Of a stretch of DNA of 64,000 nucleotides, positions 24,353-38,349 are shown piece after piece. The notes beneath the pieces are model-generated. The model was not told the DNA's origin, searched no databases, and was given only the letters and a program-made list of their open reading frames with translations. Made by a program: the position numbers and the translations under genes. Where the stretch lies: NCBI GenBank assembly GCA_021613535.1, contig CP075496.1:10106001-10170000 (forward strand), in the 5' to 3' direction. Positions within the stretch are counted from its first letter, which is position 1, and every line of letters starts with the position of its first letter. This stretch comes from Adineta vaga. Its lineage: Eukaryota; Animalia; Rotifera.

Positions 24353-26591
24353 ATGTTCGATCACGTCATCAACACAAAATTGTGTTGGTGGTTTTCTTTC
24401 GTAATTATGTCAACGATTTCCATTCAAACTCAAAGTTCAATTGCTGGTGGAGGTTTTCTACCAGATCCTTTTCTTGAATTAACAGGAGCAGTTACAACAC
24501 CTGCTATTGAAAAAGCGAATAAAACTGATTCAACATGTGTATCGAATGGAGCTCTTGTTGGTTCAATTATTGGTACTTTTTTATTATCAGTTTTAATTGG
24601 ATTTTTAACATGGTTGACATATTTACGACCAAAATTTCAAGGTTGATCTTCCTTTTTCTTTTATTTCAAATTGATTAATTTGAATTTGATTAGAATTACA
24701 TGACAAGCATTTAAATAAGAATTCAAAGTTAGGACATATACAACATCATAAGCCATTCATCGTTTCTTCTTCTTCTTCTTCATTCACACCTACACGAAAG
24801 AAAAAGTTTAATGATGGTTTGTTATGTTCGAAAAAATTCTTTGAATACGTATCATTTTTTGTATCATTCAGATAATCAAATCAATTCTCTACCGTTGGAT
24901 GTGACTACGCATAAAGTAAGGCAGAAAAAACAGGTTTGTCAATGAAATCTTTCATTTTTATATATAATTCTTTTAGTTTGGTACATTTCCATTTCGTCAT
25001 TCTCAAACTTCGAGTATAAATAGTCATTATAATCGTATCGATTGGTTAAATCGTAATTCATCTTCATTTCGTTCTGTGAATATCGATCAAGTTTGTAAAC
25101 AATATTCTATTTCATCAAAAACTTATCGTCTCCTTGAATTATTATAGGATTTTGAAATGCTTGATATCGAATTATTAGATCCAAAATTTGGTGGTTTAAA
25201 TTTTAGTGTTACAGGAAATATGCGTGCAGGAATCTTTGTCAAAGAACTTCTCGACCAAGGTTTAACACAAGCACGAACTAAATTGAATTCATTAAAAATA
25301 GGTTTAATATTTAATCTGATAATTCAAAAAAGAATTACCTCTTTGTTTTCATTTTAGGTGATCGAATTATGGCATTAACTGTTTGTTTTAATTCGATTGT
25401 GTATGAAGATGCATTAACAATTCTCAGTTATGCATCACCTTATCCAGTATTTTAAAATTTTGTTAATAAAATCAACATAATGATTCATTTTCATTTGATG
25501 TTAGGTTATTCTTCGTATCCAACGACCGGCGAAAGAAACGAGAATAAATGGAACTACAGAAAATCGATCGATTACAACAAATACACCAAGCAAAGTTAAA
25601 TGGCGAGATGAGTTTGATCACTACGATAATGATAGTAAATAGAAGAGATATATTTCAATAAAATTCATATATCGTCTTGTTTTCATTGACATCAATATTC
25701 ATATAACATACGTACTTCATTTTTATTTCTTAGCACCACAAAATCGTTCTTTCAATCAACAGAATGTACCACCACAACCTCCACCAATAATTCTTTTACC
25801 CTCGACTCCAAAACATTCCAGACCTCCTTCAACTCCACAAAACCGTTCATCATCAAAAAAAATTCATAGAAATTCAAATACGCAACCTCGTATGAATAGC
25901 AAATTCTCTCCGACAAACAGAGGTAATAGAATGAAAACGCCATCAAATAGTGTGTTGGCTGCATCTGGAGCAACAACTAAACGTTGCAGTAAAAATCATA
26001 GAAAATATCGATGTAAAGTTCAAGATAATCAACGTATATTAACGAATCAAATGATGTTAGTATCAACCGGTCTGACAGGAAAACTACCCGATAAAACAAT
26101 TCCAACAACACCATCAACAACTAAAAGATCAGGAAAAATAGCCACTGATGATCTTAATTCATACTTTCGTTATAAAGGCGATACTCCTGGAGTAATAGAA
26201 CCATTCACAGGTAGATTAGTTATGGGAATAGTCTTTATACAGCATGAAATTGCATGAATTAATTTTATGAAGATATTCTATGAATTTTCTATCTATATTT
26301 CTTTTGTCTTTTTTTAGAAATAGACGATAATCCTGAACAAGCCGATATGGTAAGTTTTACTTTCGCATAATAAAATGCCCTAGTCAGAATTATTGTTATA
26401 AAAGATTGTTTTTTTCGTACGTTTGAAAATCGTATCTTATAATTAATCTCTTATTTTAGCCATATTATGATTCACCATATGACTATTTTCATGATGATCC
26501 TGTTCCACAATATCAATATCTTAATCAATCACATTTACAACCGAATATTACTTTACCAACTGAATCTCTAACAGCAATAACACCTAATTAA
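24353..26591 (+). CDS. Single-pass membrane protein with periaxin/AHNAK-type PDZ domain and Pro-rich tail; about 10 exons
   Basis: TM ALVGSIIGTFLLSVLIGFLTW; PDZ GGLNFSVTGNMRAGIFVKE..|GDRIMALTVCFNSIVYEDALTILSYASPYP|VILRIQR; last exon ends ITPN*. Confidence 0.8.
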
Positions 26592-26934
26592 CAAATTTAT
26601 AGAACTCTATGTTTTCAATTCGATACCGCCTTTCAATCACTGTTTGAATTGCCAAGAACAATCGAGAACTAAACTGAATAAATAATATTGACACATGTTT
26701 GTTTTTATTGTGTGTATTATTGTTGTTTGTGCTGTCTATTTATCTACTTCAATAGAAACAAATTCACATATTACTCATTGTAAGTAATTTATTAAAAGTG
26801 AACAAGAAAAGCAATCAGAATCAATAAATGTAAACTGAATATCGAATAGTTTTGTAAATAAGAACAGTATTTTGAAGTTTTTTTTTTATCTATCATCAAT
26901 CTGTGTCGAAAAGATCAAGAAAGTAAAATCAGAA

Positions 26935-27303
26935 TTAACGGACTGAAACGTTCGCATATCTGAATTGATTATCATTGCATTCACATTGACGACTAAAACA
27001 ACAAAGAGATAAAAAAAAATGATAATAAGATCCACCTCCAAAACAGCAGTCACAATCATATCGACTATCATACCTACCACCAGTGCAAGCATTACAAGTT
27101 GCATCAGGGCGCTTCATATAAAATTTATCACCATCTGAACAACTACTATAGTCAGGAGTCCAATACCAATCGCGACATTTATGACATCGAATACAGGCTC
27201 GACCTCGGCAAAGCAGTTCTTCTTGAGAAAATTGTGATGCATTTTGAGCTACAATAGAAATGTTTTCCACGACATAACAATTGAGATTGTTATTTGCAGT
27301 CAT
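26935..27303 (-). CDS. Small intronless cysteine-rich hypothetical protein (possible metal binding)
   Basis: 122-aa ORF with C..C..C, CNAC, CDCC, CC, CEC clusters; no signal peptide. Confidence 0.65.
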   Translation of the reverse strand: MTANNNLNCYVVENISIVAQNASQFSQEELLCRGRACIRCHKCRDWYWTPDYSSCSDGDKFYMKRPDATCNACTGGRYDSRYDCDCCFGGGSYYHFFLSLCCFSRQCECNDNQFRYANVSVR

Positions 27304-28369
27304 AGATGTAATCGTACGCTTATCTTCAAGTATATGGAAACCAAATGCTTCGATAAGGAATCAACAATAATTTTCTTTGATAAAGCATGATATGTGCAAA
27401 AAAATGTCAAATGATAATAATAAAATGGTGTTTGCACACGTCTATCAATTTGTTATCCTTTCTAAGAGTATTGACAAAACACGTGCTTTTGTGGAACTCA
27501 CACATAGTTATTTTTCGAAGGAAAATAAGTGAGTGTACGTTTTAGATCGAAAGATTTTGGATATCGTCCCCTCCATTACAGATATTTCTTCCCTGAAAAC
27601 AAGGCACCGTTCGTAATCTCCAACTACGGGGAGCTGGGTCAACACGTCCCTCTCCCGTCCTCCGTTACAGACACAAACCTATTACAAAGAAAAATCTATT
27701 ATAGAAATAACCTAGTTTCAAGCAGAATTTCATAAATAGACTATTTGAGTTCGATATTTTAGCCTCAAACAGGCTGCGCTGAAAAGCTTTTTTTTACCAT
27801 ACGGTTATTATTAGTTTTCATGTTGTTTTCCTATAAGACATGATTTCGATTGTAGATCACTTATTTCTATATTAAATGAGTTCGTTCCATATCTATTTGC
27901 TATAAAATAAATGATATATATCTTTACGATTTTTCAAACAAATTTTTTATTCTTTAGTATAATAATTTGTTTGAAAAGAAAACTCACTATAAAAAGAGTG
28001 AAGTTGTACAATAGTATAAATAGTTGTAAATATTGTGTCTATGGTAAGCTGTTCACAACTAATTTGAAGTCAGAATAGGAATTTTGAGAACTAATGTTCA
28101 GGTTTGATAATCAATTAAAAAGCTAATCGAATACGAATAATAAAGTACATAAATGAATCCATTAAAAAATCATTTCCATTGTATATAAATCGTCGAAGTT
28201 TAAAGCTGTCTATTGGTGCGACTTTTCATATGAGATATATATATATAGCCAAGCAAATGATGGCTCTTCGTTCGATCTTTAATCAAAACTACTGTTAAAT
28301 AAAAAGCAAGAGAATTTCAAATGATAACAACTATATCTATGATAAACAGGAATAAAATTCATTATATAT

Positions 28370-29200
28370 TTACAACTTTTGTAAATAAACAATGTGATAA
28401 TTTTCAACAATCATTTGTTGTATGATCAATTCTTCCAAATTGTTTGCTGAATATTTTGGGTTTAAATCAATTGTTGAAATAATCCAAACCGATTCTAAAA
28501 AATATATTTCAAAAGTATGGAATATATCAAATCGACATCAAGTGATTCGCTGTTAAAAACATAGTTTTCGTATTTTAACTTGAATATCTCTATGAATTGA
28601 TGATAACAATTTGTATAGTGTCGTTTTCCTCATGTTATTGACCATTGTTTTGTCAATTTCAAATGATGAATCAATGGGAAATCCCGATAAACATTAAACT
28701 AACTTACTAAGATTTAACTATCGTCAATGGCGCATTTGTCGTGAAAAATAAAAACATATTTAAGTTGACTTTTGATTCTATCAAAAAAAAAAGATTAGAT
28801 TACTTGTTATATCACGAAATAAAAATGAATTTACCGTTCTCCCCTTGTCGTATGTCAATGAACAACTATAAATTCAGTTAATTTTCTCATAAAATCATTT
28901 TCATGGACTTTCAAACCAAAAAATAATCAAGTCGAGACACTTGCGCTGGCGTGTCCATGTGCGATTACTGAATCGACAATGAAAATCATTAGGTATATAT
29001 TTATTCATGCATATCGATCACATGCAAAAGTGTTATTGTCTTTTTTATACACAAACCCACAAATGCAAATATGGAGAAAACAAATGAATATTTAATTATA
29101 TATCATAGACAGATATCTATTTCTCTTATAATCCATTCGTCGATTGAATATGATCAAACTCTTCTGACTTCATATTGTAGCGAGTGACATATTTTCATCA
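28370..29200 (-). pseudogene. Highly degraded neuronal calcium sensor (recoverin/NCS-type EF-hand) remnant
   Basis: Fragments SEEFDHIQSTNGL*EK*I, HGHASA, TEFIVVH*HTTRGE|RIKSQLKYVFIFHD (intron 28778-28834) and KIFS..IDHTTNDC*KLS..FTKSCK follow the NCS motif order. Confidence 0.45.
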
Positions 29201-29363
29201 TTAAAATCTATGAATGTGTTTTTTCTTTACCTTCAATTATTATAACATTTTATATTTCCTTTTGAGAAACAATTCTTTTCGTTTCTTAAGTACTCATTAA
29301 TCAATTTCAGTTTAAATCCAATATGAATTGCATACGTCTCTTTAAATCGTAAAAAAACTAATT

Positions 29364-30588
29364 TCAAAGTTTATTAGTATGACTTGACTGATGAGTTTTA
29401 TCAAAATAATGCGAAGATATTTGTTTTTCTATTGATATCCAATCAAAAACATAATCATAACGATAATTAAGACGAAAAGATAAATTTCGAAAGATTTGTC
29501 GAATATATGAATAATCTGGTTCATCGGTGTAATATAATCTCCGACAGTAATTCAAATACATTGCAAATTCAGGTGAAAAATCTGCACAAAGATTTGTTAT
29601 TGGAATGGACATTTTTAATTCACATATTTTTTCATATTTTTGTCGTTTATTCAATGCTTTAATATCTTGCCAAGGAAGTGTACCACTAGAAAAAAAGAAA
29701 AAATCTATTCGTTGATAGTGAAAACAATCAAAGAAAGACATCTAAACCGATTGAAATAGATCAAAACATAAGCAAGTGCTTCCATATCATCACGACGTGA
29801 TTGTTCAATACCAAGATGAGTAGAAATCTAAAGTATAAACAAAAAATAAAATCTTCTTCTCCGAAAAACAAAAGCGAATTTCCATACATACAGATACATA
29901 TCGAGGTGTACCCGTTAAACTTTTTCCTTCGCGATAGGAAATATGCTTTCGTAAACGATGATCATAGAATTTCTTAGCTAAACCAAAATCAATAAGAAAT
30001 ATCTGCAGAACATCGAATAATTCCATTATTATTATAATGTTACTAACTTGTGTTGAATCATTACCAATTCCAATGAGGAAATTATCTGGTTTAATACTAA
30101 AATCAAACTCCATTGAAAATCGCTAATTCAGTTTGACTCACTCTCGATGAAGATAAAATTTTCGATGAAAACATTCGATTCGTAAAATCATTTGATCAGT
30201 TAACATAAGAATTGTTTTGATAGAAAATTTTCGTTTACATAAATTAAATAGATCTTCTAAAGATGGTCCTAATAATTCCATAACTAAACATTTATAATCA
30301 TTTTCTTCACCAAACCTATATAAAGATAGAAAACGATATAAGTCAATCAAATGAATTAACTTACCAAAATAATTTCGGTATACCTTCTATACATTTTAGA
30401 ATTCGATATAATTTCGCTTCAAATGCTAATTGTGGTGAATAAGTTTGATTTTTTTCAAATTTAATCGCAACATATTCTCCTGTTTGAATATTCAATGCAC
30501 GATAAACATCACCAAATGACCCTGAACCTAATTTACGTTCTAATTGCCATAGATTAGCAATTAATAAATTGTTATAATTATTATTCAT
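29364..30588 (-). CDS. Casein kinase I family kinase (divergent alpha/delta-like), 6 exons, intact
   Basis: [33 protein letters not shown]|[24 protein letters not shown]|[20 protein letters not shown]. Confidence 0.93.
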
Positions 30589-31394
30589 AATATATTTTCA
30601 TATTTATCTTTTCATTGAAAATTAAACTAAAGATTAATTTTTAAATGAAGAATATTGCGCGAGTTTTCTCAAGTGTTTCATTGGAGACGTATACAACTAA
30701 TTATTATATTTGCAGAGATGTTATTCAACATTTCTAAAGAAATCTTTGAAATGTCAAAGTAAGATTCTACGTAAAGTTAAAATCTGATGTTGACACCAGA
30801 CAAATGTTTTTTTGCTTTCTAACAACATGTTTATGTTTATCTTTTATTTCAATTATATATATATTTACATACAACGTCAGATTTTTTATTTCTGTTTTTA
30901 TGCTTCAGAGAAAAAAGGTGAGTTGCTGAATATAAATAGAAAGAAATGAATCAGTTGATGTGACGATATTCGACAATTTGGAGGACTTAGTACTGCGCAT
31001 AAATATTTATTCGTAACTAAAAATCGCACATATATATATATATATAGGGAAAAGTATTATGGGGAAGCGTGTGGGTGTGAACTATTCGGCACTATAATGG
31101 AAGTGTGTGATAAAAATATTAAAGTGATACTGGCGACTAGTAAGATGTGAATTATCACAGTATAAGAGAAAGCATTATTCAAATCTAGATTAAGAAGAAA
31201 TAGTAGGAGGAAGTTGAATATAGTGTGTAAAATATTTTTCAGTGAGAGCGTTATAGTTTCTTGTTTCTTCCTTGTCAATTTACTAGATGCAATGAAGCGA
31301 GTATATTTTGTATTTGATCGGAACTAATTGGTAGTTTTGATACAAAAATATTCATTTGATTTGTTTCTTTTTTTATCATTTTCCAAATTTAGAT

Positions 31395-32545
31395 ATGTCG
31401 AACGAAGTAATAAACACATTAGAACATCTACCATCGGAATTATTTTTTGAAATATTTCGTTTTATCAATAGTTATAATACATATAAAGCATTCTATGGTT
31501 TAAATTATCGTCTATCAACATTAGTTTTAACTCATGGGATGAAATATCTTGATCTAAGCGAGATTAATATAGATGAATGTCAAAAAGTAAGAGAAATTTT
31601 TCTTTATTGAACTTTTTCATTCTATGATCGAGTTTTATTTTAAAGATTCTCTCTGATATCGATTGTTCGCAAGTAAAAACATTGAAATTATCCGATAAAT
31701 ATTGTGATAAACAAATTAATGAACTTTTAAGTTTTGATTGTTTTCCATTGAATAAATTTCAATCTTTACATTCCTTAACACTCGATTCTATTGGATTATA
31801 TACTATACATTCAACTATTCAACAAACATTTCATTTGGAACATTTAAAAGTATTAATAATACGATTTCGATCGAACTTATGTGAAGAAAAACTTGTCGAT
31901 ATATATAAAATTATACTTAATGATATTTCAATACGTTTAAAATCATTAAAAGTTTTATATTTATACATATCAGAAAGTAATCCAATCATTCTAACAAGAG
32001 AATACATTTCTTCAAGTGAAAATTTATCATTAATCGATGTAAATACTTCATTGCAATATTTAATTTTAAGTCATATGCGAATCAATGATATTGAGACAAT
32101 TCTAACACGTTTTCCTAATCTTTGTCAATTAGGTTCGATTGTTTTATTAAATCCATTGATATATGATTATCCATTAGCATCGAATTTAACCTGTTGTGTT
32201 TTATCTATTCTTGAATCAGAATTTGCTTGCCTCGTTGATTTATTAAGAAAATGTCCAAATTTAGAACAATTAACAGTTGATTATAATCCGATTGATGTTG
32301 ATGCATTAGATGGTGAACAATGGGAAAATTTAATTGTAAATTATTTATCAAAATTAAAACAATTCGAATTATTTCTAAGTGTTACATCTGCAACAGTAAA
32401 TGAAATAGAAGATTTAATTCATATGACTTTTTCTCAAAATAAATTTTGGATTGAAAGAAAAGCGCAGATCACTGTGAAGAAAGAAGAAATAGATGATAGT
32501 AATCATGGCATACGAATAGACACTACGATTGAATTTCGAATTTGA
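31395..32545 (+). CDS. F-box-like/LRR protein
   Basis: LEHLPSELFFEIFRFI...AFYGLNYRL; one intron ~31587-31644; LRR-like repeats and DGEQWENLI..YLSKLKQF. Confidence 0.82.
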
Positions 32546-32655
32546 ATTTAATTGTTTTCGTCAATGAATTATATTTCGAATTTGTAAAACAAGATAATAA
32601 ATATACATAAACAGAATCTATTTGACACATGGATTTATTCAACTGTATAGATGAA

Positions 32656-34097
32656 TTAGATATTCATTGGTAGTGTGACATCTAATGTTCGTTGACATTT
32701 ATTATAGACCATTATACCATTTATAACAATGCCTCGTTGTTTTGTTTGCATATTGAGAATAGTTTCAAATTTTGATGCTCCAACAACGACAAGAATATGT
32801 TCATCTTGATAAAATAAGGTACTTGTAAGTGAAAATCCATATGGAGATGTTTGTTCTATAACAAAAAAAAAGAGAATAGATCAACTCAAAAAGAAATGGT
32901 ACTGCTCACCTTGAATTAACGGTAGTTTTCTTATACAAACTTCAACATCACCTAAATTTGAGGAAGAGAAAAGTAGATATGTAATTATATTGTTCATTTC
33001 ATTGAATAACATACGAAGAGTTTCATTTGATGTTACATTTGGATTTGTAGTAGAAAATACAATTGTTTGTGTATTCGAAATTGGAGTAGTTGCTGACGTT
33101 TGAGTCGTTGGAAAACTCAATGTAATTACAGTAGATTCTACACTTGAAAATGTTTGTGTAGTTGTTGTATTTGCTGTTGTCGTTAATGTTGTTCCAACTT
33201 CTTCCACTAATTCATCAGCTAAAATTATGTTTTTTAGGAATTAAAATTTCGAATTAAGGATAATTTAATTACGTGTCGAAGGTAATGAACCAACTGAACA
33301 TAAGCGTAAATTTTGTCGTCGATTTTTTATATCAATTGCAAATGATCGAACAGTACGAAATCGTCGATATATTTCCATAAGAATTTGATTAATACATGTT
33401 TGATTTTGACACGAAAGATTACTTGGATACAATACATTAAAATCAAACGCAAGTGCAGGTCCACTCATTCCACTAACATCTTGATCACATTGTACTCTTT
33501 AACAAGTATTTTAAAAAATGCATATGTATAAGATTTTGCAGAAAAATATAATCAATAGCATACAATCGTTTGCGTCGAGATGAGGATGTATTTCCCATGG
33601 CTGTGGTTGAGATAATATTTCGAATTTGTAAGACATTTTGTACACTTAAATTAAGATTAGTTTCAAACTGAAGAGACAAACAGATGAGATTTGATGGAAA
33701 AGAAAGTTTTCAAACTTACACTACGTGTAATTTGCTCCCGTTCATCTGAACTGAAAGTGAGTTCATTTGGTGAATTATTATTTAATGAATCTCTCAAGAT
33801 ATACGTAATATTGAAAGGAGATACTAGGATTATTTAAATCAATAGAAACTTTGAATTAAGAAATACAACTTACTCATAGATGTTTGCGTATTATTCATTG
33901 AAGAATGTGTTGTCGATTTTGAACCACTAGTGACAATTACAATAGCGGTAATGACTCCAAAAATCAACAGAATGGTACCAGATATGAGAAGAAAACGTAG
34001 TGCTTTTGATCTGTAAAGAAGATTGAAATGATAGATTTAAGAGATCATTCTTTAGACTTTACCTTCGAATTGAAGTGCAAAGTTTAGGCCAAGCCAT
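32656..34097 (-). CDS. Type II membrane protein with RRKR site, Cys-containing domain, Thr-rich mucin segment and unknown C-terminal domain; 8 exons
   Basis: MAWPKLCTSIR|RSKALRFLLISGTILLIFGVITAIVIV; exons splice in frame through RRKRL|VQCDQ, TTTANTTTTQT, to TLPMNI*. Confidence 0.72.
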
Positions 34098-34922
34098 TAC
34101 GGATATATTTACGTTAATCGTTTAAGTTACTAAGTATAAAGTAAAGTATTGTTTGTATCATATTGTATATTATTTCTTTGTCTTATATGATGGTATATAG
34201 ATACAAAAGAATCGTTATTATTATTTTTTTCGTTTTGTGTTCGATCAATTATTTTTATATTTATGACGCATGAAATCTTTTGTGGTAAAATAATATTCAT
34301 TGAGTTTTGATTTTTAATGTGTAAATTTTCGATTTAAAACTGAATATCATCCATTAATTATAAACATATCTCTTAATCCAAGTAAAAATAAAATTAGGTA
34401 CATAACTACTTTCCCATGAAGATAACAAAGACAAAGAAGATAGTTAATGTGAAGATGCACGTGTTGTATTGTTTTCAGTCAGGTAAAACAGTAAAATTAT
34501 GTTAATAACACGTATGAATCATTCATTAGAAAAAGATATACATTATAGATATGTTCTAAAAGAATACTTAACGAGATTCCATATCGATTTATTTCGTTAT
34601 ATATACATGACTAATGATCTACTGAATAACAACATCTGAATTGATATGCTAGATCGTGCTTCTTGCAACTTAACATTTGCGATTGCTAGTGCAAAATGGT
34701 TTGTGAGTAAGTACATAAGTGAGAGTGCATGCCATCAGCCATTGTAATTAAACATTGAAAAAAAATGACTGCTGTTTGCACAAACACATCCTGTCTTTCT
34801 TAAATTACTTTTCTAGCTAGAAAAATTAATTATTTTACTTCCGACCGATAGTTTTTATTGAATAATGAGCTACTAGATTTCATCTAAAAGTTCATTTCTT
34901 TATTAAACTAAATAAAAGAAAG

Positions 34923-35888
34923 ATGGTGTCATCCAACACCGATGCAATTATCTATTGGAATAATCTATCGTTAGGAATGAATCGTTATTTTTCAATAATT
35001 ATTTTTCTTTTTGGCACAATTGGAAGTATACTTAACATATTTGTTCTATCTCATCGTGAACTTCGAAATAATTCATGTTCATTATATTTTCTTTCATCGT
35101 CAATTGCTAATCTTATCGCAATATGTTTCGGTCTAACAACACGAATGTTATCCGGTTGGGCTTTGGATTTAACAAATACAATCGATTGGCTGTGTAAACT
35201 TCGTGCTTTTGTCTTATTTTTTTCAAGAAATATTGCTCTATGGACAATCATGTTTGCAGCATTTGATCGTTGGCTTCTATCATCCGGTAATATACATCAT
35301 CGAGCAAAAAGTACATTGAAAAATGCTTTTCGTACAATTCTTCTGATCATTACTCTTTCCGCAATTATATACAGTCCAATTTTCTACTGTTATAAAGCAA
35401 ATCTTATTCAAACTCCACTCAAATGCTATGGTGAAACGAGTCTTTGTCGTATATCGAATGATTTATTATATGCATTCGTAACAATTCTATTTCCAATTAT
35501 AATTATGTTTATATTTGGCTTACAAACAATATTTAATATTCGTCATGTCCGTAATCGTATTGGCATAGTAAATATTACAGTTGCTAAACAAAAAGAATTA
35601 TCAAGAAAAAAACTAGATCGTCAACTTTTTCTAATGCTTTTTATTCAAATTATTCTTCTAAGTTTATTTACTTTACCACAAGCAATACAAAAATTGTATA
35701 CTACATACGAGTCGACTCAAGCACAGACATCTTTAGACACTGTAATTGAAACATTTGCATTCAATTTCGTATTGTTATTGACTTATGTTGCGAATGGTAT
35801 GCCATTTTATATTTATACATTATGTGGAGGAACGGTATTTCGAAATGTACTGACTCAGATGATTCAAAAATGTATTCAGAAATATTGA
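34923..35888 (+). CDS. Class A (rhodopsin-like) 7TM GPCR, lineage-expanded family, intronless
   Basis: G.I.NIFVL, NSCSLYFL, LCKLR, FDRW, MLFIQ, LPQ, GMPFYIYTL.G..FR. Confidence 0.92.
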   Translation: MVSSNTDAIIYWNNLSLGMNRYFSIIIFLFGTIGSILNIFVLSHRELRNNSCSLYFLSSSIANLIAICFGLTTRMLSGWALDLTNTIDWLCKLRAFVLFFSRNIALWTIMFAAFDRWLLSSGNIHHRAKSTLKNAFRTILLIITLSAIIYSPIFYCYKANLIQTPLKCYGETSLCRISNDLLYAFVTILFPIIIMFIFGLQTIFNIRHVRNRIGIVNITVAKQKELSRKKLDRQLFLMLFIQIILLSLFTLPQAIQKLYTTYESTQAQTSLDTVIETFAFNFVLLLTYVANGMPFYIYTLCGGTVFRNVLTQMIQKCIQKY

Positions 35889-36232
35889 TTGCCTGAATCT
35901 ATCAAACAATTAATCTCATAGGTGTATTCAATAATAAAAATCGTTGTTCAAATTGAAATTTTCTTTTTTCTTAAACAGAAGTCTACTAGTGATAATGATA
36001 TACACAGATGATTTTGACATGCCATTCACTATGATTGTTGACTATGTCAAAAGCAGATGTGCTTTTTCCATTTCTTGTGTTTACTTCAAAGAAATATGTA
36101 GAATTTAGAAGAGTGGTATTCTTTAACATTCTTTTGCTAAAGTATCCGTTAAATTTATTTTTGAGTAATGAGCAAGAAATCCAATCAGTATTTGTCTCAC
36201 GAACAACATATATTCGAAATACCTGTAACTTT

Positions 36233-36879
36233 TCAATAATAACATCGTAAATGTCGAGTAAAACCGATATCTTGAACGTATGACCACGAATTAGTAATCC
36301 AGATGATACGCCATTGATTCATGTCACATTCATAATAAATTGATATATTAGCTGTAGAAGAACCAGTTATTCTACGACAGAATCCAAGAGGATCCCATTG
36401 AGTTGGAATTGTTGTACTCCATTGCGATAAACAACCAACATCATTTGAGAAATAAAAACTGTTACTTCGAAGGTCTAAGCATTCGGTATATCTTGGATTT
36501 GAATTATTGACAATATTACATGTGACTGTATTGCCATCAATCAATTGATTCGGTATAAAACGAGCAGTAATTACATCCGTTGTTACTATCAACATCATGG
36601 ATAGTTAAATATATCCAAGGAAAAAATAACTTACTAGTAGTTGAAGAACTGATTGTTATTGTTTTAGTTGTAACTATTAAAACAATGACTGGAACAAATA
36701 TCGCAGCCAAAGTGAATAATATAAGTATTAACAAGAGAAAAAACCATAAACTAATTTTAAACCAATGATTTCTATTACAAAAAAAAGAGTAAATAAAGAA
36801 CGTTTTATGTTAATAAAACTTATTTGGCATACGATGATGATGATGAAATTTGATTCGTATTTGTATTTATATCATTCAT
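36233..36879 (-). CDS. Type II membrane protein with small Cys/Trp-containing ectodomain of unknown family; 3 exons
   Basis: Exons 36879-36833, 36771-36635 (TM), ~36585-36233; ectodomain IDGNTVTC...YTECLDL...CLSQWST...FCRRITG...YECD...LRCYY*. Confidence 0.75.
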
Positions 36880-38349
36880 CGTTTCAACCTCAATTATTGC
36901 CTCAAGAATTAAGTTAGATAATATCCTTAATACCCTTGTTGGATGTGTCTTATTCGGCTAAATCGACTAGGAAACACATGGCATCGAACATGTGTCTTAA
37001 TAGAAAAAAAAGCAAGTCTTTATCATCTATCATCTCTGTGACATATCAAATACTATTTCAACATATTCTTTATATATCTATATGACAATTAACTATATAT
37101 CTGTAAAATTTAAAGTGACAAAAAAATTGATTATTTCTGTAGGATTTATAAAAAAAAACGAATGTCTTACTGTTACGCCTCACTAAATTACTTTTTATTT
37201 TTATCATTACTTTGACAATAGTTTCTTGAGATTGTTGTCTATTTGATTAATGGAAAAGTTATTTTATGATTTTTTCAGATACTATGGGTCAATCAAGGCA
37301 CAATATATAGTAGTATTTACTTCATAATATAGAAAAAGAAAACATAAACGAATAGATTCGACGTTTGTCAACAAAATTTACTATAAAACCATAGAAAAAT
37401 ATCATAGAGAATTACATTATATTTAAAAAAGGATTTACCAAGAGTACATACATTATACAAAGCGTCTGAGCCGAAAACTATGGGCGTAACCCGATATAAG
37501 ATTACATGTTATATCTGAATTCGCTTCTTTATGAAAATTACTATAGAAAGTAATAAACTATTTCGACTATGTTCCATAGAATAATTACGTACATTCAATA
37601 TTTAATAAGAACTCATTATGATATTTTTGTGTAATACAATGTGTATTTATTCAGTCAGTCAGGCAAAGAAACCTTCTAGCAATAGTATTTTAAGAAATAT
37701 GAATTCATTAAATACAACATGATGTGGTTTATTGTATGGTGGCATTTTTCCAAGATAAAGAAAGTTATTCAAGTTATATTCTCTACTTATAGTTTTCTAG
37801 ATGTCTAGAAAAGAACAACAACGTCTCGTCTGGGAAAAAAGATAAATTTCTTGGTGGTTACATTTTTTTTACAACTTCAATAAATATTTAAGTAGTTCAC
37901 TCTTCTCTGACAACACCGTCTGTTGAATCGTGTATGCATGATGAGAGCCAAAGTAGTAAATAATTACAATAAACTCTTTATTTTGAAATATAAAAATACA
38001 TGTCTATAACTAAAAATAATACACTGGATACAAATAGATACACATTTACAGGCCATAAGGAAATCTATTGACGATTGTACTTCGCATTATATTATTTAAA
38101 AATATAAATGATGAAATAATTCATAGAAAAGATTGGAAGGAATTTATTCACAAATAATAAAAACTAGACTAAAATTAGAAAGCTATTAAATGTTATCTAT
38201 TTGTATTCCAGATTAATTACTATTATCAGAACCATGATTCAGTTTTGTATTATTTGATCGACAAAAATCTTATTGAATCCAATTTGGTAGAAATACTACC
38301 TTGTATAACAGTTAAGACAATAATTCTTGTTCGTTCTTTCTTGGAAATC

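Noticed and set aside
27529-27735. GC-richer patch and 68-aa ORF, possibly a transposon end
   Set aside because: No matching inverted terminus or TSD found; ORF has no recognisable motif
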